Shown: positions 12,400 through 24,600 of the stretch, piece after piece
Layout of the letters: every line of letters begins with the position of its first letter
Numbering within the stretch: the stretch's first letter is position 1
DNA from: Felis catus
Lineage: Eukaryota
Length of the DNA stretch: 64,000 bases
NCBI RefSeq assembly: GCF_018350175.1
Contig: NC_058382.1
Location: 60,328,001-60,392,000 of the forward strand
Reading direction: 5' to 3'
The notes under the pieces: model-generated
Database searches by the model: none
What the model was told of the DNA's origin: nothing
Seen by the model: only the letters and a program-made list of their open reading frames with translations
Made by a program: the position numbers and the translations under genes

Positions 12400-13360
12400 C
12401 GGCCGCGTGACCTGGGACGAGTGCCGCGACCTTGCTGGGCCCAGGTTTCCTGGTCATCGGTGGGGGGTGCAGCGAGGCCGCCGCTCCGGGCACTCAGAGG
12501 ATGACATTTGCCCTCACAGGTGACCCCTGACCTCACACCAGGCCATCTGGTGGGGCCCAGAGAACACCACAGAAGGGGGAGCAAAGACCGCCGTCCCTCC
12601 CTGCCCCGGGCCTCCGTCGCCCCCCGTGGACCCTGGTCTGCGGGTTTGTTGTCAAAAACACTGAAATCAAAGGACGAGGCCTCAGGAAGGCCCTGAGCCT
12701 TCGGGCGCGTGCACGCAGACGGTGGCCGTGATGTTCTGGTTTCCCCTCGGAGGTCAAGGGCGCACGAGGATGCTGGGTCGCGCTTACAGAATCTCTGTGC
12801 CGGAGACAGCGCTCGGCGGGGGAGGGGGTCCGCCCCCATGCAAGCGGGCTGCCCGGACACGGGGCGGCGGGGGGGGCTGTCAGGGGCCTTCCGCGCCCAG
12901 GGGCCTGGATCCTGCCCCGGGCACGTCACCTGCCGCGTGCGGGTGCTCGCTCTGGCATCCTGTTGTGACGCCCGAAAGCGGGCTTCGGACCTGGGCCGTG
13001 GGGCAGCGCGGCCGTGACGGGGGCCGCGGCCCGGACGAGCCTCACAACCCGCACGAGGAGGGACAGCCCCTGGCAAGAGGCCGCGCGCCGCGCGGCTCCA
13101 CCCGCGTGATGCCCGGAGCAGACAGACCCGCGGGGAGTACGTGGGGCGCGGGGCGGGAGGCGCAGAGGTTAGGGGTGACGGCTACCGGGCCGGGGTTTGC
13201 TTGTGGTGACGAGACAGAGTTCGGGAAGTGGGTGGACGTGAGGTCACACGGCCCGTACGTGAACCTGACGCCGACGGGCCTCGCAGCTCCTTCACGGCCG
13301 GCGACGGTAGGGGGGTTCGTGCGTGTGCGTTTTCCAGCCAGGAGACAGCTGGCGCGGCAG
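12400..13360. other. CpG-dense tract (island-like, no associated exon recognised)
   Basis: visibly high GC and CpG density between an MLT1D and a SINE. Confidence 0.45.
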
Positions 13361-13433
13361 AGAGCAGTGACAGATTACAGTTCTGTAGCTCTGGGAACGA
13401 TTTACAAAGTCCATTTTTAATTTTAAAAAAAGG

Positions 13434-13603
13434 GGGGCGCCTGGGCGGCTCAGTCGGTGGAGCGTCCGACTTCGGCTCGGGTCACGATCTCACGGTCCGT
13501 GGGTTCCAGCCCCGCGTCGGGCTCTGTGCTGACGGCTCGGGGCCTGGAGCCCGCTTCGGATTCTGTGTCTCCCTCTGTCTCTCAAAAATATTTAAAAAAA
13601 AAA
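13434..13603 (+). mobile_element. Can-SINE (SINEC_Fc-like), shortened CT tract
   Basis: ggggcgcctgggcggctcagtcgg...ctctgtgctgacggctcggggcctggagccc...tctctcaaaaatatttaaaaaaaaaa. Confidence 0.95.
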
Positions 13604-14539
13604 TTTTTTTTAACCCAGAAGGTTTGCCATCACTTGGAGAGCACGACAGAAGCGGAGACATGTCCTCAGCATCTCCCGAGGGCCAGGCGTGGCTCCCCCA
13701 GGACACAAATGTGCATGGCAGGGCTGAGTTGTGCCAGGACATAGGGACGACCACAGAGCCACCGTCAGGGGCCGTCAGAAGGGTTGTGTGATCGGCATGT
13801 TGATTATCAGCTGCCCCGAGCGTAGCCCACCCTGGGCACGAGCCCCTGGCCTCCCCGGCAGCAGCCATGTCCCTGAGGGTCCCTGAGGGCCTTTCCCCGC
13901 CTTCTTCCCCTCTCCTTAGCAGCTTGGTGTCACAGGAAGACATCCCTATCTGGCCTCCCCTGGCTTCCGGCTCTGATGACCGGCTGCACGGTGTGGAGCT
14001 GACCCGTGGGCACTTCCGAGGGCATCGGGCCCTCTGGCTCTTGCCCACCACAGGCTCCCATAGGGGTGGGGGGCCGGCCCAGCCCGGGAAGCTAGACTAA
14101 TGCTGGTGTTTAGGCCCCAGGGTCTGCGGGCTGCCCAGGCGGGGGCTTGGCAAGGAGGAGGCCCGAAGGAGCTGGTGAGACAGAAGCCAGGCTCCGGGCC
14201 AGGCGACCTGAGACTGCGCCGGGCAGGAGGGAGCCCTGCCGGGCCGTCCGGAGGTCCAGGGAGATGACGGGGTGGCTGGGAACTGCCAAGGCGTCCGAGC
14301 AGTAGGTCGGCCGTGTACACGCTCGAGGTCCCAGGACTGACGGCAGAGAGAGTTTTCCGGGGCCTCGGTCCCCTCGTTCAGGATGCCACCCTCCCAGTAG
14401 CTCCACAAGCAGCCACGGGGACCCTGACCTTTTGAAACCCAAGTTTGCTGGGTTCTACTCTGCTCGGAAGCCACAGGTATTCCCATCTTCCTGCCTTGCT
14501 CGGGGTACAGACCGATGCTGTTCCTCTGTGACCGTGACC

Positions 14540-14770
14540 ACGGAGGTCCTGGCCAGGAAGTCAGTGAGTCGGCCCCACTGACCTCCCCTGCAGCCCCCAG
14601 TGGCCTGCTGCACGTGGCTGAGAGCCCATAGTAGATTCCTGCCTCAGGCCCTTTGCACGGGCCGGACCCTCCACGGGACTCCCTCTCCTTTCGGGCCTCA
14701 GCAACCTTCTGGCCCTCTTGGACCGCCGCTGGTCTAAAAGCAGGGCCTCCCCCAGTCCGTCTCACTTTCC
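14540..14770 (+). mobile_element. L2 fragment
   Basis: ttcctgcctcaggccctttgcacgggccggaccctcc resembles the L2 motif cctcagggcctttgcacatgctgttccctct. Confidence 0.55.
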
Positions 14771-14773
14771 GCC

Positions 14774-14875
14774 TGTAGCGGGTTGAACAGTGCCCTTCGA
14801 AAATTCACGTCCCCCAGAACCTGTGAACGTCACTTATTTGGAAATGGGGTGTTTGCAGTAGGATCAGTTAAGGAT
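14774..14875 (+). mobile_element. MLT1 LTR 5' fragment
   Basis: tgtagcgggttgaacagtgccc...cagaacctgtgaacgtcacttatttggaaatggggtgtttgcag. Confidence 0.8.
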
Positions 14876-17800
14876 CATTTTTCTGCTTCTGGGAGTTTGA
14901 CCTTCTTCGATTTCACATATAAGTGGAATCACGCAACATTTGTCCTTCTGTGTCTGGCTTATTTCACTCAGCGCGGCGCCCTCCGGGATCATCGAGGTGT
15001 GACGGCCACAAATGTCCGACATGTGGTTTCCTTCCTCTCTGTGGCCGAGGAGTATTCCCTTGTGTAAATACCACGTCTTACTTACCCGCACGCCCAGCCG
15101 GTGGGCACGCGGCGAGGGCCCACGTCTCGGCTGCCGTGGACAGTGCTGCGGTGAGCGTGGGGCACAGATGCCTCTTCGGGATCCTGTTTTCATTCCCACA
15201 AATACACGCCTAGAGGAGGGGTCGCCGGATCATAGGGCGGTTCTGTGTTGAGTCTCTTCCTGTTTTCCACGGTGGTTGCACCTGCTACGTGCGTGGCACG
15301 TGACCTCACCACCAACGGCGCACGGGGTCTCCACACCCTCACCGGCACCTGTCGTCTACTAGTCTTCGATAACGGCCGTTCTAGCAGGTGGGAGGAGGGA
15401 CCTGTGGTTCTGACCTACGTCTTCCCCATGAGCAGTGATGTCGGGCACCTTCCCGTGTGCCTGTGGATGATCATATGTCACTGGGAAAACGTCTGTTCAG
15501 GTCCCAGGTCCTCTGCTCACTTTTTAATTGGATTGTTTTTGGGGTTTTGTGGTTTGGGTTTTTTTTCCTCTTGGGCCGTATGAATTCCTTGTATATTTTG
15601 TATACTAGTCCCTTGTCAGAGAGACGGCTTGTACGTATCTTCTCCCTTTCTGAGCGTGGCCTTTTCAGGCTGTTGGTTGTTTCCTTAGCCGTGCAGAAGC
15701 CTTTTAGCTGGACGCAGTCCCAATAGTTTATTTTTGTTCTCGTTAGCTGTGCTTTTGATGTCAGATCCAAAGAAAGTCATTGCCAAGACCATCGTCAAGG
15801 AGCTTTTCCCCTGTTTCCTTCTAGAATTCTTCCGATTTCGTATCTTACGTTTAAGTCTTTCGTCCATTTTGACTTGATTTTTGTGGCTGGCATCAGATAA
15901 GGACCCAGGTTTATTCGTGTGCGTGTGGCTGTTCCGTTCTCCCAACACCATTTATTGAAGAGACTGTCTTTTCTCCCTTGTGATTCTTGGCTCCTTTGTT
16001 GAAAACTAGTTGAGTGTATATGTGTGGGTTTATTTCCGGGCTCTCTACTCTGTTCCAGAAGTCTGTGGCATGCCAGAACCACACCGTTTTGATTACTAAA
16101 ACTCTGGGATATAGTTTGAAATCAGGAAATGCGATGCCTGCAGCTTTCTTCTTCTCTCTCGAGGTTGCTCTGGATTTGGGGTCTTTTGTGTTTCCATACG
16201 AATTTGGGGATTTTTTTTTTCTATTTCTGTGAAAAATGCCATTGGAATTTTTCTAGGGATTGCATTGAATCTGCAGACGGGGTAGTGTAGACATTTTAAC
16301 ATAGTAAATAGACACTTTAATTCTTCCAGTCCATGTACACAGGCTATCTTTCCATTTATTTGTGTCTTACTCAATTTCCGTCATCCGTGTTTTATAGCCT
16401 TCATTGTACCTTTCCGCCTCCTTGTTTACGTTCATTCCTCACTATTTTCATTCATTGTCATGCAGTTATAAATGGGAATGTTTCCATGGTATCTTTTTCA
16501 GGGAGTTCATCGTTAGTAAACAGAAATGCAATGGATATTTGTGTGTGGAATTTGTATCCTGCAACCTTACTCATGTACTTATTAGTTCTGGCAGCTATTT
16601 GGTGGAGTCTTTGGGATTTTGTCCACATATAAGATCATGTCGTCTGTGCACAGAGCAACTTCACGTCTTCCTTTCCAATACTGGTGATTTTCATTTATTT
16701 TTCTTGCCTAGTTGCTGAGGCCAGGACCTCCGGGGCCCTGAGGCATACACGCGGTGAGAGCAGGCCCCGCTGGCTTGTTCCCAATCTTAGAGTCTTCCTT
16801 GGTCGACTGTCATGTTAGCCGTGGCCTTGTCATACCTGTGCTTTGTTACACTGAGCTATGATCCTGTAGTCCGTTGAGTATTTTTAGAAAAGAACATTGA
16901 GGGGAGCCTGGGTGGCTCAGTCGGCGGAGCGTCCGACTTCGGCTCGGGTCACGATCTCGCGGTCCGTGGGTTCGAGCCCCGCGTCGGGCTCTGTGCTGAC
17001 GGCTCGGAGCCTGGAGCCTGCTTCGGGTTCCGTGCCTCCCTCTCTCTCTGCCCCAACCCACTCGCATCCTGTCTCTGTCTCTCTCACAACTAAATAAACA
17101 TTAAAACAATTACAAGTTTTTTAAAAAAAAAGAAAAGAACGCTGCATCTTGTCAAGTGCTTTTTCCACGCTTACTGAGAGGATCATATACTTTCCTTCTC
17201 CGTGCTGTTCATATGCCGTGCCACGTTGATTGACTTGTATACACCGAGCCCTCCTTGCATCCCAGAGGCGGATCCCTCTTGGCCACGGTGCGTAATCCTC
17301 TCGCTGCGCCGTCGCGTTCGGTCTGCTGCTGTTCGGCGGGGAATTCTCGCGTCTGGCCTCATCGGGGATATTGGTCTATAGTTCTCTCTTCTTGTGGTGC
17401 CCTTGTCTGGCTTGGGAACGAGGGCCATGTAATGCTGGCCTGGTGACACGAGCCGGGGAGCGTTCCCTCCTCTTCGGTGTTTTGGGAGAGCCGCAAAGGC
17501 CTGGTATCAAATTTTACTTTCTGTGTTGGCCAGAGTCCGCCGGTGGAGCCATCTGTCCGGCGCTTCTGTGTCGAGAGGTTTTCCACTGCTATTTCACCTT
17601 CACTCTTGGCTGCCGGTCTGCTTCGACCTTCCGTTTCCTCGTGCGTCGGCCTTGGTATTCTGTGTGTTTCTGGGGATTTATCCACTCGCTCCGGCCTGTC
17701 CACGTCGTAGGCGTGTCATCTTCCGTCCCCTGTACGCCCGGTGTCTGTTGTAACTCCCGCTTTTATTTATTTGGGCTTTCTCTCTTCTCTTTCTTAGTCT

Positions 17801-17920
17801 AGCTTAAGGTTGTTGTTTTATCTTTGCACAAACACAGCTGTGAGTTTAGTTGGTCTCTTCTGTTGTCTTTCTCGTTTCATTTGTTTCTGCTCTGATCTCT
17901 GTTGTCCCCTTCCCCCTTCC
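14876..17920 (-). mobile_element. decayed L1 (L1MA/L1MB-like): 3' UTR plus ORF2 C-terminal and RT remnants, 5'-truncated
   Basis: minus-strand ORF fragments give L1 ORF2 motifs KINYWDCVQLKGFCTAKET, KDSLFNKWCWEN, CRFNAIPRKIPMAFFTEIEK and ENYRPISP...GMQG...KSINV; many stops and frameshifts. Confidence 0.95.
16901..17130 (+). mobile_element. Can-SINE inserted into L1
   Basis: full head, CT tract and A tail; target duplication agaaaagaacattga (16886-16900) / agaaaagaacgctgc (17131-17145). Confidence 0.97.
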
Positions 17921-17975
17921 GAGCGCGTCTAGGACAGGGCTCAGCACACAGTAGGCACTCCATAAGTGCTTGGGG
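17921..17975 (+). mobile_element. L2 3' end
   Basis: ctaggacagggctcagcacacagtaggcactccataagtgcttg resembles cctggcacatagtaggcgctcaataaatatttg. Confidence 0.6.
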
Positions 17976-20900
17976 TTTCCGTTGTCGAAGGAAGGAAGGA
18001 AAGCCTGGGAGGCCGGGGCAGCCCCGACCCCAGAGAGCTCTCCTCTGCAGAAGGAACTCAGCCCTGGGGGCCGGGCAGGTGGAAATCCGGAACCCTTGAG
18101 GACCGAAGGGTCTGCTCACGTCCAGGTTCATGCCCACAGCTCCCCTGGGACGACAGGAAGGGAGACAAGGTGGGGGGGGGCAGTACTTCTCATCCTGGCC
18201 CCCCGGCAGCTCTCTGGGGTCCTCTGGAGCCCAGGACGAGAGTCTGAACCGGTGGGGCAGGTGCGAACGCGGGCCGGGGGCGTGACGGTGGTCACGACCA
18301 CGTCTCTGGAACCCGACGGAGCCGGATCAAGTCCTCGTTGTGTTCCTTACCAGCCGCACAGCGTCCCTTGCAGAGTGGGGTGACAAGTGTCCTGGAGAGC
18401 GACGTTTCGAGGGTGAAATAAGAGGATTGTACGTCCGGGCTCGTCGGCACAGGCGAAGCGAGCACTACGCCTCCGACCCCGTGAATCCGATCTCTATTTG
18501 CAGTCTCCCCGCAGCCGGGCTTCGGGGTCCTGGAACCACCTGGCCGGCGCCAGAGCGGGCCTCTTAGCTCCACTGTCCCCGGATTGGATGGGCAGCTGAG
18601 AGTTGGAGATGAGTCAAGTCCGGGGACCCGAGCGAGGGCAGCTGGGGGGTTTAAGACTCTGCCGTCCGAGTCCCAGCCCAGCTTACCTCCCCCCGGGCCC
18701 TGTGTTCCCCCGGAACAGGTGCGTGAGGGTGGGCGCAGGGCACGGGGTGCTGAATGGAGCTGGATGCTGACTCCCCGTGGACCATCCCCCCCCCCCACCG
18801 TGAGCCTGAGTTCCTGCCTGTGCCATGGGAGCGTCTCTCCGCCTCTGTGGGACCCACGGTGCAAACCCCGACCAGCCCGCGGCCCGTAGCTCTCAAGAGC
18901 TGGGCGGTCTGGTTTCTCCCTCCAGCTCCAGCAGTGTGCTCCTGAGTAACCCCCTGGCCTTGCGGGCCTCGGTCTCCCCTGCCACACCACAGGGAAACTG
19001 AGATAGGGGAGGTCCTTACGTCACGTCCTGCTCTGACCTCCACAGCACCGCTCGCTCCCCGTGCCCAGCCTGAGGGACTGAGCCGACGGGAGAAAACAGT
19101 GCCAGCAACTCGGGACCCTGCATCCCCAGTGTAGCTGCCACCGAGCCTGCCCAGCCCGCACTCGGCCTGCAAGGCGGGGCGGCTGCAAAATCCACTCGGC
19201 AGGCGGGGAAGCCTCAGCTGGCCCCAGCCGCCGGGACAGGCAGGAGTCTCCCCTGAGCGGGACGGGGGAGGCCCGCCGAGGACCAGGACGGGCCCACCCT
19301 CGAGGGGCTAGAGGGCAGAGGAGAGAGGTCCCTGGGCCACACCCCCTGCAGCGTGATGACGGCTCTGCACACGAGCAGGTGCCATGGGGACAGGTGGGGG
19401 GAGGACAGAGGAGGTGTTCCTGGACCTGTAGGGCGAGCGGAAATTCCCCGAGGAGGGTGACAACAGGGCTCACGCCCTCCCCAGCCGCTTCCTGGCGGCT
19501 CGGCCTCCGGGCCCTGGTGACCATGGGCGACGTGGGTCCTCCGCAAAGGCTGGCAAAGTAGGGGCTCAGGAAAACCCTTTGGCCCTGTGAGGTCTCTGGC
19601 GGCCCTTCCAGGCATGGCCACGTCTCCCGAACGTCTCTCGGAGAGACAGCCCCCCGCAGGCCGGGACCAGGCCTCTTCACCGGAAGCCCCCCGCTGCCCC
19701 ATTTGTAGATCTGCGTGTTTTCACGAAAACCAGATCGCACGCTCGATTCCCTCACACACACGCCTCGTGCCCGGGTCCCCCAGGCGGGGGCTTCTGCCCG
19801 AGGCCCAGGGGCCCCCACGCCCCGAGGACCCGTGTTCTACCCTGCCCGTCTGCAGGGGGCTGATGTGGGAGCAGTGGGTCGGAAGTTGGGGTGCGGTGCT
19901 TGGGGTCAGAGGCTCCCGGGGCAGACCCCTCGGCCCTGTGTGGCCTCGTGCAACTAGGCTCTCTGAGCCTCAGTGGGCCTCCAAGGAAGAGGAAATAAGT
20001 AGAGAACCCATTTACTTACAATTTACTTACTTACTATTTGAACCCAGTGTCAGGGTTCATCCATGAACCTCTGCCCACAAACAAGCTGCTCTTGGTTCCG
20101 CGTGGGTGTGTGTACCTGTGTTGATGTGTGTGTGCACCTGCGTGGATGTGCGTGTGTGTATATACAGGTATTTTTTCTTGCGGCCACCGTCATTGTCATT
20201 TTCCGCCAGCGGCCACGGGGGAGGGCCAAGTCGCAGAGCGGCCAGGCAAATGACGAAGGCAACTTGGAGGAAGGGAGCCCCGCCCTCCTGCCCGGTGGCC
20301 CTGCCCGGTGGCCCTGGCCAGCCACGTGCGGTGAGGGGCCGGTCCTGAGACAGCCGGGCAGTCTCCCCATCTCTGCTGTCAGCCGGGGACTCCTCCGGGC
20401 AGGAGCCACGTCCCACTCATGGGGGAGATGGGGACAGAAACGTCAGGCCAGGGGACAGGGACTTGCTGAATCCCACTGGTTTGCTAATAGCTGTGCAGGC
20501 TTGGGCAGGTACCAGAGAGCCTTCTGGAAGCTCCGTGTGCTCCAGTGTGAAATGGGGGTGGCCTCCCGCACACGGTGGACGCCCGGCCTTCCCCACGGAG
20601 CCCCTGGGAGCCTGGGGCTGGGCGGCTCCCGGTCGGATGAGCGCTCCCGGGGCTGTGCTGTCCTGGCAGGTGGGGGTGGGGACGGCCGGGCGGGTCCCCC
20701 CGGGCACCAGCCCTGTGCTCCCCCTGGGGTGTCAGGGAGAGACACAGTGGGGCCTTCTCAGGGGCTGTCATAAGGAGCTCTCCCCGCCACCAGGGAGGAC
20801 CTGCTGTCCCTGCCGCCTGCACTGGTGCAGACACACCCCCTCCCTCACCTGCAGGGGACAGTCCCTGAGCCCGGAAACGACGGGCTGAGGTTATTCTCAG

Positions 20901-21398
20901 CCCAGCCCTGAGCTCAGGAGCTCCGTGGGCGCCCCGGCAGCATTAGCAGGAGGGCGCAGGTGGACCCGAGACTTTGAGCCCCGTCTGAGGCATGCGCGGG
21001 GCGGCTCAGGCCGAGGCAGTAGCCGAGAAGGTAAGGGGACGGCGGCTTTGCCCTGAGTTAGCTGCAAGGGAGCGGAAAAGCATCGCCAAGTCTATTTTGA
21101 GGCTGTGCGGAGTTCCTTAACTTCCCGCCCGCACTTGCGGGAGATCATGATTCAATTAATGCTTTTGTTGCTCGTGCAGTGAAAAAATGTGCAACGTGCT
21201 TTAAATGTTTCCCAAACTGTGTTAGTTATTAAGTGAGTGACTCAGGCGCGAGGTGTAGACAGGGAGGCAGGAGCGGGAACTGCAGACCCAGAGTCTGTCG
21301 GAGCAGATTGTGGGGGGGGGTGGTCAAGAAGCCTCTCCCTTCCGTGGCCTTCCTCACCCTGGGGCAGCAGCCTTTGCCCGGAGGAGACTGAATCACGG

Positions 21399-21729
21399 TG
21401 GGGGGATGGGATGTCATACGTACAGGGACCCAGGGCGGAGGGCACACTCACGGGGACCCAGGGTGGGGGGATGGGAAGTCATACGTATGGACACCCGGGG
21501 CAGGGGGCACGTGCACGGGGACCCAGGGCAGGGGGATGGGATGTCACACGTACGGGGACCCGGGGTGGGGGGGCACACGCACGGGGACCCAGGGCGGGGG
21601 GATGGGATGTCACATGTACGGGGACCCGGGGTGGGGGGGCACGTGCACGGGGACCCAGGGCAGGGGGATGGGATGTCACACGTACGGGAACCCGGGGTGG
21701 GGGGCACACGCACGGGGACCCAGGGCGGG
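21399..21729 (+). repeat. G-rich minisatellite, about 5 x 65-66 bp
   Basis: atggga(t/a)gtca recurs at 21406, 21471, 21536, 21602 and 21668. Confidence 0.95.
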
Positions 21730-22136
21730 ATCCTCTCGGGTTTCCATCCTGCCCCCCGCCCGGTGCCGGCCCAGCCTGGACTCCCCAGTGCCCGGGGGGG
21801 TCAGACCTCTGACCCCCGGGGCCCCCGCCAGCTGAAGGGTCCACGCACCAGCGCAAGCTGGCCTTCCGCCGGCCTCCCAGGCAGTGCACCCCAAATTGAG
21901 CATGCTGCACGCGTGTGGATAGGACTATCGTGGAATCCTTTCTATACGGAAAACTGCAGGACCCGAACGTTTGTGGGGTGAACCCACCCATCCACGTGAC
22001 AATCCCCGCGGCCCCTCCCGGCCAGGACACTCCCCACATTTGCCCACCAGTACCCACGGTCTGCCCTCCATCACGGGGGTCAGGCTCATAATTTTGAATT
22101 TTATATACATAAGGCCATTCAAAATGTTCTGTTTCG

Positions 22137-22310
22137 GGGGCGCCCGTGTGGCTCAGTCGGCTGAGCGCCTGACCCTTGATTGCAGCCCAGGTCACGATGT
22201 CACTGCTCGTGAGTTCATGCCCGGAGTTGGGCTCTGCCCTGACGGTGCGAATCCCTGCCTGCCTGGGATTCTCTCTCCCTCTCGCTCAAAATAAACAAGT
22301 AAACTTAAGA
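22137..22310 (+). mobile_element. older Can-SINE
   Basis: ggggcgcccgtgtggctcagtcggctgagcgcctgacccttgatt...gggattctctctccctctcgctcaaaataaacaagtaaactt. Confidence 0.9.
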
Positions 22311-24600
22311 AGTGAAGAACGTCCTCTTTTGTGTCTGGCTTTTCTTAAACCAACATTATGTGTCTGAGACTCACCCGCATCTTGGGGTGTGTCGTATCCC
22401 GTTGTGCAAACGTACTGCATTTTACTGCGGTTGGTGGCGGGTCAGGTTGTTCCCGGCCTCCGGCTCCTATGACCTGCGCTGCTGTGAACATCCTTGCGCG
22501 TATCCGTGAGCGTGCAGGCACATCCGCAGGGACTGTCCCGCAAGGGGTCCCGCGGTCGTGGGGCGACCGATGCTCAGCCTGCAGACGTGCCCCCACGTGG
22601 GCGTTTGGAGTATTTGCAGCGAGTTACACGTGCACCACGGATCCCAGGCATTCCCGTGGCTCTGTCCCCGGACAGCATTTGGTGTCATCCGTCCTTATGT
22701 TTTGTCTCGTTGATCTTTGTTTGTAGTTCCTCTGGTTTGCGTGAGAAGGGACACGTCGTGTTTTCCTTGGCACTCCCTGCCGACTAAGGACACTGAAGAT
22801 TCTTGGACCTTGTCCGCCATGGAGATTTCCTCTTCTGTGAAGCACCTGCTTGATGTTGCCTTGTTAGCTCAGATGCCCTTGTCTTTTCTTACTGATTTCA
22901 GAGGTGTTTAAAAATGTTCTCTGGATACCAGCTCTCTGTTGGAAAAAAAGCATTGCAAGTATATTGTCGAACTCCGTGGTTTGCATCGTTTCTTTTTTCT
23001 CCTCCCAACATTTGATTATGCAAACGTCCAAACCTACAGCAAGCTTCACAGAATTCTGTAGTGACCTCCCATATACCTCCACCAGACCCTACAATGAACA
23101 TCGAGCATACTTGCTTCATTATACCTCTCTCCATCTGTAAACCCATCAGTCCGTCATATTTTTGTCGATGCATTTTGAAATAAGGTGCAGAGATAGGTGC
23201 ACGTTGCCCAAGACACTTCACGTGTGCATCATTACCTAGAGGCCAGTGTTTGTTTACGGCTCTTAATTCCCTCTTCAGGCAAACTTTACACGCGATGAAA
23301 TGCACAGATCTCAAGGCTGCCATCTAACGAGTTCCAACAAACGTGAGCTGAAACCTGTCAAGATAGGGAACCCCAGGCAGTGCCCCCATGCCCATCCCAG
23401 GCAATCCAGAGGGACGGCGTCCCGCAGGATTCCACTTACACGAAGATCTAACAAGCAAAACTCATCTCCGGTGGGAGAGATCAGAATGGTGAATCAGAGT
23501 GATTTTGCATTTACCTGTTGGCAGCTGAGGTGGCCACCTTTTCGTGTGCTTATTGGCCGTGAGTATATGTTCCTTTGTGAGATCTGCTCCAAGTGCCCCT
23601 TTTCTTAAAAGTGTGTTCTCCGTCTTTGCATATCCTGGATACCAGTCCTCCGTCAGATACACGGTTTGCAAATATTTTCTCCCAGCCTGCGGCTTGCCTG
23701 TTCATTTTCCTAATGATGGCTTCTGGTTTTGATTTTGCTGAAACCTAATTTATAAATACTTTTTGCATATTGTATTGCTTTCTGTGTCCTAGGAAACTTT
23801 CGCCAGTTCCCCAAGTTGTGAAGACATTCATCTAAATTTTATTTTAAAAGCATTTGGCTCTTGCCTCCAGGCCTGTAGTCTGTCCTGGATTAATTTGGGG
23901 TGTGTAGACACCCAGCTGTGCCCACACCACCTGTTGCAAATCACATAAGCACACTGGTGTGGGTCTGTCTCTGAAGTGTGGGTTCTGTTATGTCTGTCTG
24001 CCTACCGACGGCTCTGTCGGGACCCTGCCGCCTGGCTTCTGGAGCTCAGGGTGCTGTGTCCTGAATTCACTGGTTCTTCAACTTTGCTCTTACATTTCAG
24101 TGTTGCTTTGGGTATTTTTGGTTCTTCACATTCTCAAATCAATTTTAGAATCAGCTTGTTGGTTTCTAACGACAAAACATCCCGGTAGGATCATCCACGG
24201 AACTGTGTACATGGAAGGACCAGTTTAAGGCTCCTGGCTCGTCCACAGGACACAGAACTGTGGGGGAGCTGTGCCCCCACCCTCACAGTGACCCACCACA
24301 CATCTACCATTTCTGAGGCTCTTCCTTCCTTCCAGAAGATCTGGATTTCCACATATCCGTTTCCTTTCAACCTCAAGAACCGTATCAGTATTTCTCCTAA
24401 CACAGGTGAGCTGCTGATGAATTCTTCAGTGAAACTGTCTTTGTTTTACCTTCAATCTCGAAGGATATTTTTGCTGGGTATAAAATTGGGGGTTGAAAGT
24501 TTTTAATCTACATTTTAGTGCTTTGAAGACGTTCTACTGTCTTCTGGATTTATTGTGTTACGTGAAAATTCAGTGGTAATTTGGATCATTATTTTCCAGA

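Noticed and set aside
15471..17449. ORFs with reverse-transcriptase-like motifs as a possible novel retroelement or domesticated gene
   Set aside because: Fragmented, frameshifted L1 ORF2 interrupted by a SINE; an ordinary dead LINE.
18730..18755. REST/NRSE left half-site (reverse complement ttcagcacc)
   Set aside because: No GGACAG right half at the proper spacing.
21399..21729. Regularly spaced repeats as a CRISPR-like array
   Set aside because: The intervening sequences are themselves repeated, there are no unique spacers or cas genes, and the context is mammalian; it is a minisatellite.
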